DNA from: an uncultured Planctomycetota bacterium
Lineage (GTDB): Bacteria; Planctomycetota; PLA2; JAEUHO01
DNA length: 64,000 nucleotides
Assembly: GCA_963802335.1 (NCBI GenBank)
Contig: CAWDIE010000008.1
Span: 564,601-628,600, forward strand
Direction: 5' to 3'
The notes beneath the pieces were generated by a model. It searched no databases and was not told where the DNA came from. It saw nothing but the letters and a program-made list of their open reading frames with translations. Numbering within the stretch: position 1 is the first letter of the stretch; every line of letters starts with the position of its first letter. The translations under genes and the position numbers were made by a program. Below are positions 31,182 to 43,660 of the stretch, in pieces.

Positions 31182-31735
31182 CCACCTCCGATGCCTCGCC
31201 TCGCTCGCTCGTCTCGCTGAAGACCCTCTCCCTGGGTCTGATCCTCGTGGGCGTCGTCGCCGATCTCTGGACCAAGGCGGTCATGGAGCGACGACTCGAC
31301 ATGGACCCCAAGCCCGGTGGGGGCCCCTTTGGGCGCGAGGAGGTCATCCCCGGCTTCCTGGCCTGGGAGGGGACCTACAACGAGGGGGTCACGTTCGGCC
31401 TCTTCGGGGGGCAGACGAACGGCATCATGCTGTTCACGGCGATCGCCACGATCGCCCTGGTCATCTGGCTCATCGCCACCCGGCGCCGGAGCCTGCTTCT
31501 CCACGTCGGCCTCGGCATGGTTCTCGCCGGGGCCATCGGCAACCTCTACGACCGTCTCCAGTGGCAGAAGGTACGCGACTTCATCCTCGTGTACGTGGGC
31601 GACTTCAAGTGGCCCAACTTCAACGTCGCCGACAGTCTGATCGTGGTGGGCGTGATCGTCATCCTGGTCGAAGAACTCTTCGTCCGGCCAAAGGACGCGC
31701 CCGAGGCTCGCGAGGGTACAACCGGGGCGCCATGA
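31178..31735 (+). CDS. lspA: lipoprotein signal peptidase II
   Basis: The GTG start overlaps the upstream stop (GTGA). Family motifs are VVADLWTKAV, YNEGVTFGLF, GNLYDR and WPNFNVADS. Confidence 0.88.
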   Translation: MTTSDASPRSLVSLKTLSLGLILVGVVADLWTKAVMERRLDMDPKPGGGPFGREEVIPGFLAWEGTYNEGVTFGLFGGQTNGIMLFTAIATIALVIWLIATRRRSLLLHVGLGMVLAGAIGNLYDRLQWQKVRDFILVYVGDFKWPNFNVADSLIVVGVIVILVEELFVRPKDAPEAREGTTGAP

Positions 31736-32682
31736 GCCCCCCCGACGCCCCGACCCCGCCCACGGTCGCTACGCCCGACTTGTCGCTGACCATCCGCGAT
31801 CTACGTCTCGCCAACCCCGTGGGGACGGCATCGGGTACGTACGGCAAGGGGCTCGAGTTCAGGGCGTTCTACGACGTCGCGCGCCTGGGCTTCATCGTCG
31901 TGAAGACGATCACGAAGGAGCCGCGCGAGGGCAATCCGAGCCCCCGCCTCGCCGAGACACGGGGCGGGCTGCTCAACTCGATCGGGCTGCCGAATCCAGG
32001 GATCGAGGCCTACATCGCCGAGACGCTCCCGCTGCTTCGCACGTTGGGTGCGCCGCTCGTGATCAACATCGCGGGGCACGACGTTCCCGAGTTCGCCGAG
32101 CTCGCGGCACGCCTGGAGCGTGAAGACGGGATCGATGCCCTCGAGCTGAACATGTCCTGTCCGAATGTCAGCGGGGGCATGGACTACTCCACGTCGCCGG
32201 ATGCCGCCCGCGAGGTCCTCGAGCGCGTGCGAGACGTGACGGACAGGCCGCTCATCGCCAAGCTCTCTCCGAACGTGACCGATCCCCGAGCCATCGCGGA
32301 GGCCGCGGCGGCGGGCGGGGCCGACGCGATCAGCGCCATCAACACCCTGCTCGGCATGGCCGTCGATTGGCGCCGGCAGAAGCCCGTCCTCGGACGGGGT
32401 GTCGGCGGTCTGTCGGGGCCCTGCATCAAGCCGGTGGCTCTCCGCATCGTGCGGCAGATCGCCAGCGTGGTGGACGTGCCGGTCATCGGGATCGGTGGCA
32501 TCGAGACGGCGGACGACGCCATGGAGTTCTTCGTGGCCGGCGCCAGCGCGATCCAGGTGGGCACGGCGAACTACTACAATCCGCGAGCCGGTGTGGAGAT
32601 CCTCGAGGGGCTGCCGGAGCGCCTCGAGGAGCTGGGAGCCGGGAGCCTCGGCGAGATCGTAGGCTCGATCCGGATGCCGTAG
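31732..32682 (+). CDS. pyrD: dihydroorotate dehydrogenase, class 1 catalytic subunit
   Basis: The start overlaps the lspA stop (ATGA). Family motifs are NPVGTASGTYG, LLNSIGLPNPG, the catalytic Cys in ELNMSCPNV, and GIGGI. Confidence 0.9.
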   Translation: MSPPDAPTPPTVATPDLSLTIRDLRLANPVGTASGTYGKGLEFRAFYDVARLGFIVVKTITKEPREGNPSPRLAETRGGLLNSIGLPNPGIEAYIAETLPLLRTLGAPLVINIAGHDVPEFAELAARLEREDGIDALELNMSCPNVSGGMDYSTSPDAAREVLERVRDVTDRPLIAKLSPNVTDPRAIAEAAAAGGADAISAINTLLGMAVDWRRQKPVLGRGVGGLSGPCIKPVALRIVRQIASVVDVPVIGIGGIETADDAMEFFVAGASAIQVGTANYYNPRAGVEILEGLPERLEELGAGSLGEIVGSIRMP

Positions 32683-32821
32683 CCTGGTTCATGCGTGAAG
32701 CAGGCATCGGCGGCGTGGGGCTCCAGAGCCCGAAAAGCAGGGAGCTGAAGCTTCGCATCTCCCCCGCGTGGCAAGGCCAGCGGCGCCTGCTACGCTCGCC
32801 CGTTCTGGCCTGGGAATCCTC

Positions 32822-35419
<2,598 letters not shown>

Positions 35420-36814
35420 CCTGACCTCCACGGTCTCCCGCTCCGTCCGCCCGTCGGACGAGGTGGTAGGGCCGCCGCTCGGGCCCCTGCCGTGGCGGGT
35501 CGCGCACTGGGGGGTCGATGCCATCTACGGCGCCCTCACCCTGGCGCTCACGCCGTACGCGCTCACGCGCGTCCTCGTCGATCACAAGACCCGCGCGCGG
35601 TGGCGTGCCTACGCGCAGGACCTCCCGGAGCGTTTCAGCGGGCGGCGGAAACGGAAAGGGACGGCCCCGTGTGTGTGGGTGCACGGCGTGTCCGTCGGTG
35701 AGGTCAAGGCCGTAGCCCGACTCGTCGAGGCCATGGAAGACGAGGTCGCGGGCCTCGAGACCGTGATCACCGTGAGCACGGACACGGCTCGTCGCGTCGC
35801 TCAAGCGCGCTACGAAGGACGGCGCATCGACTTCTATCCCCCCGACTTCTCCTGGATCGTGGACAACGCGCTCGACGCCATCCGCCCGGATCTCGTCGTG
35901 CTCGCCGAGAGCGAGTTCTGGCCGAACTTCCTCCTCGCGTGTCGGGAGCGCGCCATCCCCGTCGTGCTGGTCAACGGGAAGATCAGCGAGCGATCCAGCG
36001 GACGCTTCGGCGGCGTCGGCGGGCCCGCGCGGCTGATCCTCGGCGCGCTCGAGGAGATCTGCGTGCAGATCGAGCTCTACGCGGAGCGCTTCCGTGGGGT
36101 CGGGCTGGACCCGGCGCGGATCCACGTGACGGGCAACATGAAGTTCGACAACATCCCGATGCCCATCGAGGATCCGCGTCAGCGCGCGTTCGATGCCGTC
36201 GTGGGGCATGACGGCAGCATGCCGCTCGTCGTCGCCGGGAGTACGCATCCGGGCGAGGAGCGGGCCCTGGCGCGCATCCGCCAGCGCCTCGCCGCCGCCG
36301 GGCAGCCGTTTCGGCTGCTCGTCGCGCCCCGCCACCCGGCGCGTGGCGACGTCGTCGAAGCGGAACTCAAGCGGGAAGGTCTCTCCGTCGTGCGCCGAAG
36401 CCGCGTGGCGCAAGGCCAACCGGCAAATGGAGCCGACGTGGTCCTGCTGGACACGGTCGGTGAGCTCGAGATGGCCTACGCCCTCGCCGACATCGTCTTC
36501 GTCGGCGGCACGCTCGTTCCGCACGGCGGGCAGAACATGATGGAGCCGGCCAGCCTCGGCCGGCCGGTCGTGGTCGGTCCTTCGCTCTTCAACTTCCGCG
36601 GCGAGGTCGACCTGCTGCGCCACGCGGACGGCCTCGAGATCGTGGACGACGAGGCCGGCGTCGAGGCCACCTTGTCCCGATGGTTCCGCGATCCGCAAGC
36701 CGCCGCCGCGGTGGGGCGGCGGGCGTTCGAGGCCATTCGCGCCAGCAAGGGCGCCACGGACAAGACCATGGAGGTGCTGCGGCCGTTGCTCGGGCGCATC
36801 GCCACGGCCCGCTC

Positions 36815-39456
36815 TCAGGGCTGAGCCCGCACCTTCACCTCCCGGGTCTCGCCGGCCGCGACGGTGGCCGTGGCGAACCCCTGGTGCCCGTCGGGACGCA
36901 CGGCACGCACGTCCACGGCGCCGACTGGGAGATCCGGCAGGTGCGCCCGGCCACCCTCGTCGGTGCGCCGCGCGCCCGGGTGCTCGAGCAAGGGGCGCCC
37001 GGCCTGGCGCACGAGTACCCGCGCGCCTCGCACCGGCCGACCGGCCTCGTCCACCACCCGCACGTCGAGTCCACCCGCCGGATCGAGCACCAAGTCCACC
37101 TCCCGCCTCTCGCCGCTTCCCAGCACGACGTCGACCGCCGCGGGCGCGCCGCCCGCTCCCGCGGCCTCGAGGCGGAGGGCGCCCGGCGGCAGCCCCGCCA
37201 GTCGGTAGTGACCGTCCGCGTCCGTGGTCACCACCCGGGCGCGCGCCACGGCGTCGAGCTTCGCACGCACGCGCCCGCCCCCGACCGCCTCGCCCTGGGC
37301 CGTTCGGACGCGACCCTGGACCGTGGCGGTCGCCTCGAGGGGAATGGTCACGTCGTAGACCGAGCCCGAGCGCGTGGCGAGGGGGGCGGGCGGCTGGCCG
37401 CCGACGCCCTCGGGGGTGGTCACGCGGAGGAGCCAGGTACCGTCCGGGACGCCCGTGAGCGCGACCTGACCGCCGGGTGCGCGCCGTCGCGTGCGGACCT
37501 GCTGACCCCGGCCCCGCTGGGCGGGAGTTCGCTCGATCGTCACGAAGCCGGTATAGGGGCGCTCGTCACGCATCAAGCGGATCCGGATCGTCGCGCCTTC
37601 GTCCATCGTCACGTCCTGGACGACGTCGGCCTCCTCGACGTCCACGATCGCGGTCGCGTCGACGTGACCGGGGTGGAAGGCCATCAGGCGGAAGCGGCCG
37701 GAGGGGACGTCGGCGAAGCCGTAGGCGCCCTCACTGTCCGCGTTCGTGCTGCGCGCGCGAGACGTGCCGTCCACCGGCACGAGCCGGACCGTGGCACCCG
37801 CAAGCGCGTCCTTGCCTCGTCCCTCCACGCGTCCGGTGATCCGCGCCCCCGCACCGAGCACGAGCGTCCCCATGTTCACGTCGGCGTCGCCCACGTCGAT
37901 CACCCCCGGGTGCTCGACCGTGACGCTCCCGTGCACGAGGGCGGGGCGATAGCGTCCGCTCGGCACGCCGACGATGCGGGCCCATCCGTCCTCGTCCGTG
38001 GTCGCCGTGAGGGCGTCGCGCCATGTCGTCGTCATGGCCAGCAGGCGGCTGGTGTCCGGTCCCGGGCGCCGGCGATCGGCGATACTCCGCCAGTCGGGAA
38101 TCAGGCGTACGGAAGCGCCGGTGACGGCCGAGCCCGCGGCGTCCACGACGCGAGCGTCGACCGCCTGCCCGCTTTCGAGGACCAGCCGGATCGGATCAGG
38201 GCCAGCGACGCCCGGCGCCAGAGCATGGGCCGCGCGCCCCGTGCCGGCCTCGGCGATGAGCGTGATCCGTCGCCCGGGCGCGGGAGGGGGGGGAGAGGCA
38301 GCCGGAACGCGCCTTTCTCGTCCGTGGTGGTCGCGTCGGGCACGCGTCCGGCGATGCCGTCGTCGGTCCAGCCGACCCGGGCACCGGCGACGCCCTGCCC
38401 GTTTCCGTCCACGACCACGCCGCGCCAGTCTTCGAATAGCTCGAGGTGCACGTCCACCTCGAGGTCCTCCCCGGCGGCACCGAGCTCGACCGGCACGAGG
38501 GCGGGTTGGTAGCCCGGGGCGCGCACGGCCACGTGGGCCCGCGCGCCCGGTGCGGCGGCGGGCACGGGGCCGAAGCGTCCTTCGCTGTCCGTGGGGCCGG
38601 CGACCTCGGCGTGGCCGGGACGGGCCACGTGGACCTCGGCCCCCACGATCGGGAGTTCGGTGCCGACGTCGAGAACCCGGCCGCCGACCCGTGGGTAGGT
38701 CTCGATCGCCAGCTCGATCCGCGTCGTCGTGCCCGGCCGAATGAGTGCGTCCGGGTATGTGCCTCCCGCCGCGCCGCCCTGCGAGGCGGCCACGACGTAG
38801 ACCGCGCCCGGGGGCAGGGAAGAGAAAACGGCGACGCCCTGCTCGTCGGTCGTCGTCTCGTGGATGGCGCGCCGGGCGCCCACCCGCACGCTCACCGCTG
38901 GTTGCGGCGCGCCGTCCATCCGTACGACGCGGACCTCGAGGCCGCCCGCGGGCGGCAGCACCAGCTCCACGTAGGATCCCCGTCCGCTCGCTACGCGGGC
39001 GACGGTCGCATGGCCCTCAGCCGCGGCGGTGACGCGAAGCCAGCCGCGCTCCAGGCCATCGACGGCGAAGCGCCCGTCGGCGTCGGTCGTGGTGCGGCCG
39101 AGGGCGATCCCCAGCGCGGTTGCGTCGCCTCGCTGCGCTCGAAGCGGGAGGCTCTCGATCGCCACGGTGGCATCCGCGATGGCCCGACCCTGCTCGTCCA
39201 GGACGCGACCCGTCAGGGGCCCTTCCACGGGTGGGGGCCCACGCCGCGTCTGCCCGGTGTCGGGAGCCGCGGCGGTCCGTAGGTCGGCGGCGGGCGCCGC
39301 GGGTGTGTCGGCCGTGCGCGCTGCTACCGGCGCTCGATCCGGACGGCCTCGCTCGACCGCGGGCACCTCCGCCGTCGGCGGCAGGCTCGACAGCACGAGC
39401 AGCGCGACGGCCCCCAGCGCGAGCAGGAGCAGGAGAGCGAGGACGGGGGGGCGCAT
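36815..39456 (-). pseudogene. exported protein of ~9 tandem carboxypeptidase-regulatory-like (CarboxypepD_reg) beta-sandwich domains, reading frame broken in a G8 run (38286-38293)
   Basis: The signal sequence is MRPPVLALLLLLALGAVALLV. A repeated unit recurs (G-R-V-x-D-x-x-G-x-P-x-x-G-A-x-V ... T-D-x-x-G-x-F/Y ... P-x-G). Track ORFs 38101..39456 and 36815..38146 are the two halves. The frame of the second half stays open and repeat-like upstream to the G run (...PPPPAPGRRITLIAEAGTGRAAHALAPGV...). Confidence 0.7.
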
Positions 39457-39491
39457 GCGCGTTGGGGGTCCGGGCTTGCAGGCCCTGCCGT

Positions 39492-39893
39492 CTAGTAGAC
39501 CTCGAAGTACACGTCGTCGGCCGCGCCCACGAAGATCTCGAACCAGGTGACGAGATCGAAGGGTTCACCGGCGATCGAGGTGTCCGCCTCCGCGTCGTAG
39601 AGGTTCTCGCCGAACGTGCCCACGAACTGGGTGCGCCCCGGCGGCAGGGACGTCGGCAGGAGGTTGGCCGTGAAGTCGCCGTCCACGGGCGCGAGGAAGA
39701 AGGTGTCGACCCACTCGACGGGGACGAGGTCCGGCGTCAGGTTGCTGACGAACACGTTGCCCCAATAGGTGTCGACGATGACCTCGTTGTAGTCGCAGCT
39801 GCTGCAGCCACACCCCGGCACGGCCACCAGGGCCGCGACGAGGGCGAGGATCAAGAGGGCCGTGCGGCCCGGCGAGGCGTTACGTGCGGTCAT
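39492..39893 (-). CDS. small lipoprotein, function unknown
   Basis: The inner ATG gives MTARNASPGRTALLILALVAALVAVPGCGCSSC (lipobox VPGC). GGAG-like sequence lies upstream. It sits 35 nt upstream of, and on the same strand as, the CarboxypepD_reg gene. Confidence 0.55.
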   Translation of the reverse strand: MTARNASPGRTALLILALVAALVAVPGCGCSSCDYNEVIVDTYWGNVFVSNLTPDLVPVEWVDTFFLAPVDGDFTANLLPTSLPPGRTQFVGTFGENLYDAEADTSIAGEPFDLVTWFEIFVGAADDVYFEVY

Positions 39894-40349
39894 GGGAGGG
39901 CTCTCCGGTGGACGGACGCTTGCGCGGGGAGTTCCGGGCCATCCTAGGCGCCCGGCCATCCCCAGGGGGGGGCGGAAAAGGGTCCCGCGGGCCCCGTCCG
40001 ACGTCATCCTCGTCACGAGACGGGGATGTCCGGCACGTCGGGTGGGGGGCGCCGCGGTCCCAAAGGTGGGGGGGCGAAGCCGGAGGCGGTCGCATCGACG
40101 CCACGGCTTCCATCACGCCACGCCGGCCGCCCGGACGCCGTCGCGGGTCGCGCGGCCACCGCCTCGGGCGAGGCAGAAGGCGACGACCCCTCGCAAGGCG
40201 GCGATCATCCGGCATTGGTATCGTTGCATGGCAGAATCTCGGTGGAACGGGGGACGTTGAGCAACTCCCGGACCCAACCCGCGGGTTTGGCGCATCTCCC
40301 TGTCCTGCCCTGCACTTACGATTGACGCGACCTCACGGAGTCCTCAGGT

Positions 40350-41516
<1,167 letters not shown>

Positions 41517-41568
41517 GCGCCGGGCCGGCGCGCGCCAGCTTGGCCAGCGCCTGGCAGCTTGGCAGCTT

Positions 41569-41628
41569 GCCAGCGCGTTCCTGGGCGTTCCAGCGCCTGC
41601 CAGCGCGTTCCTGGGCGTTCCAGCGCGT
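41569..41628. repeat. tandem direct repeat, 30-nt period, two copies (28/28 identical core GCCAGCGCGTTCCTGGGCGTTCCAGCGC) plus a degenerate third copy
   Basis: The core occupies 41569-41596 and 41599-41626 and was read directly. It is embedded in CCAGC/TTGG-rich low-complexity sequence from ~41531 to ~41650. Confidence 0.9.
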
Positions 41629-41804
41629 TGCTGGGCGAGCTTGGGCGTGGCCACGGGCGGTGCGAAGTGGCAACTTCGCTTCCACTTCGTGCCTCGGTCC
41701 CGCGGGTGTCCTGGAGGGCAGGAAGCGGCGACGATGCCTCGCGCTTGCCTCCCAGCCGCCAGGGATGGGGGCGCGCGCCCGACGGCGTCGTTTCGACGGG
41801 GAAT

Positions 41805-41825
41805 CGGCACGCGGATTGATATAGT
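41805..41825 (+). promoter_or_regulatory. candidate promoter in an AT-rich island upstream of the pilin-like gene (sigma-54-like CGGCAC-N5-TTGAT overlapping a TATAGT -10-like hexamer)
   Basis: The sequence is cggcacgcggattgatatagt, 61-81 nt upstream of ATG 41886. It matches TGGCAC-N5-TTGCW at GGCAC and TTG but lacks the conserved -12 GC. TATAGT is at 41820-41825. Confidence 0.2.
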
Positions 41826-41885
41826 GCCTGCTCCATAGGTAACGATCGATCGTCGGTACGGCCGGCGAAGCCGAGGAGCGCGTCC

Positions 41886-42542
41886 ATGAAGCGTCGGGAA
41901 GCCGGTTTCTCCTTCATCGAGGTCCTTGTCGTGATGGGGATCATCGTCGTCCTCATGGGCATGGTCGCGGTGGTGGTTCCGCGGGTCCGTGAGCAGAGCA
42001 AGCAGACCCAGAGCACGAACAACGTCAAGAATCTCGTGACGCTGCTCATCGACCGCAGCATCCGCAAGAGCTGGCCGCGGTACGACGGGAAGAACTTCCA
42101 CCTGTCGCTGCTCGCCACGGGTTCGATCGAGTCCAGCAACGCGGACAACCTCGCCGTGTTCTTCTCGCCGGGCGACACCCTCTACACCCTCGACTTCGCC
42201 ACACCCGAGCGCTTCAAGGACGTGACGACCCAGGCTCTGAAGGCCGGCACGGACTTCCACGACCTGACGTCCTATGCCGGTCGCCGAAACTCCGGTGCCG
42301 ACCGCGAGTACATCATCACGCCCCACAAGGAGCAGATCGTCGTCCCGATCGTGAGCGATGACGATGACGGCCCCGTCCACCACCCCGACGGGATGGTGAT
42401 CGGCTACACGAACGGGAGCGTGAAGTTCAAGACCTGGATGGACGACCTCGGCATGTCGGCGCCGGAGGATCCGGACGAACCCGAGCCGTTCCTCGGTGAC
42501 GAGGCCACGGTGGAAGAACTCCGGGGGCTGAGCAGCGAGTAG
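41886..42542 (+). CDS. prepilin-type N-terminal cleavage/methylation domain protein (type IV pilin / T2SS pseudopilin-like)
   Basis: The prepilin leader and hydrophobic helix read MKRREAGFSFIEVLVVMGIIVVLMGMVAVVV, with G-F at the cleavage site and E+5. The C-terminal HHPDGMVIGYTNGSVKF resembles the H-x9-DG motif of pilin-like DUF1559 proteins. GAGGAG lies upstream. Confidence 0.8.
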   Translation: MKRREAGFSFIEVLVVMGIIVVLMGMVAVVVPRVREQSKQTQSTNNVKNLVTLLIDRSIRKSWPRYDGKNFHLSLLATGSIESSNADNLAVFFSPGDTLYTLDFATPERFKDVTTQALKAGTDFHDLTSYAGRRNSGADREYIITPHKEQIVVPIVSDDDDGPVHHPDGMVIGYTNGSVKFKTWMDDLGMSAPEDPDEPEPFLGDEATVEELRGLSSE

Positions 42543-42729
42543 TCGAGGTCGGAGCCCACGAGTCCGACCGGGGGACCCGGTGGCTCGGCGACCGGGGTGG
42601 CCGGTGGCCGGGGAGCGTAGAATCCTCCCGGAAAGGCAGCAGGTCGGCTCCAAGTTCTTGCCACTGGCGGGGTAGGGGCGTTATGGTCCCGGTCCTGGGA
42701 GGCCAGACGCCCCGGAGGGATTCGCGTCC

Positions 42730-43542
42730 ATGAAGCACATCGCGCTGAGCGCCGTACTCGTCGTCCTCGTCCTCGCCGCCCTGGCTCCGGCCCAGGCGGA
42801 GGAGGGCAAGACCCAAGGGTCTCGCTGGATGCTCGACCTCGAGCACGGCTCCCTGGAGATCATCCCGGTCCGTTCCGTGACCGGGCAGGACGTCACGTAC
42901 CACTACATCACGCTGAAGGTCACCAACCCGACCCAGCATGCCCGGAGCTGGTACCCGCGGGTTTCGGCCATCACCGACACGGGGAAGGTCCGCAGGGCCC
43001 TCAACTACGCCGATGCCCTCGAGGCCATCCGCGAAGCCGAGGACAACCCCGACCTGGTGCCGATCGGCAGCACCATGGGGAAGATCCAGCCCGGCCAGAC
43101 GCTCGACACGGTCGCCATCTTCGGGCCCCTCGATCCCCTCTACGACCAGGTGCGCGTCCAGGTCATCGGCCTCGCCGAGCCCATCGCCATCTACAAGGTC
43201 GAGCGTTTCGACGTGCCCGTCGAGGTCGATGGGGTCGTCTACACCCAGACCGACGCGGAGTCGATGCAGGCCGATACCGTCAAGGAAGGCATCGTCATCC
43301 AGGACGTCGCCTACCTCGGGCGGAACAAGGCGGTCCAGGACGAGCTCAAGAAGGAGCTCGGCGGTGCGGAGCCGCCCGAGGCCCGGATCGAGTACTGGGA
43401 GGTCAAGGAACGTCGCGCGTACGAGATGGTCTACGAGCGACTCGGCGACGAGTTCCGGGCGGATGACGATCTGATCACGCACGAGGCCGAGTACTGGACG
43501 ATCGTCGGCGACGTGAGGCTCGAGCGTCAGATCAAGATGTAG
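42730..43542 (+). CDS. secreted protein of unknown function
   Basis: GGAGGGA lies upstream. The signal peptide is MKHIALSAVLVVLVLAALAPAQA|EE. Codon usage looks normal for the window. No family was recognised. Confidence 0.6.
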   Translation: MKHIALSAVLVVLVLAALAPAQAEEGKTQGSRWMLDLEHGSLEIIPVRSVTGQDVTYHYITLKVTNPTQHARSWYPRVSAITDTGKVRRALNYADALEAIREAEDNPDLVPIGSTMGKIQPGQTLDTVAIFGPLDPLYDQVRVQVIGLAEPIAIYKVERFDVPVEVDGVVYTQTDAESMQADTVKEGIVIQDVAYLGRNKAVQDELKKELGGAEPPEARIEYWEVKERRAYEMVYERLGDEFRADDDLITHEAEYWTIVGDVRLERQIKM

Positions 43543-43660
43543 CCCGGCCACGAGCCATGACGGCTCCGTCGTCCCACCGCGGGCGACGGAGCCGTTTTCG
43601 TAGACGCCCGGGGGTTGTCGGAGCCCGGCTCTAGCATCCCGACCCTGGAGATCTGCGTTC

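Noticed and set aside
36680-38512. 610-aa plus-strand ORF
   Set aside because: It is antisense to the CarboxypepD_reg repeat gene, whose repeat periodicity identifies the minus strand as coding.
40017-40349. Possible SAM riboswitch in the long leader of metK
   Set aside because: I looked for SAM-I, SAM-II and SAM-IV core sequences (for example the GAGGGA...GCAACC arrangement) and did not find them. Only generic GC-rich hairpins are present. An Rfam scan would be needed to exclude other classes.
41552-41570. TGGCAG...TTGC motifs considered as a sigma-54 promoter
   Set aside because: The spacing between the GG and GC elements does not fit the GG-N10-GC rule. The motifs are part of the low-complexity repeat.
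41569-41628. Tandem repeat considered as a CRISPR array
   Set aside because: The repeats are directly adjacent (2-nt gap) with no spacers. There are only two or three copies, and no cas genes are present in the window.
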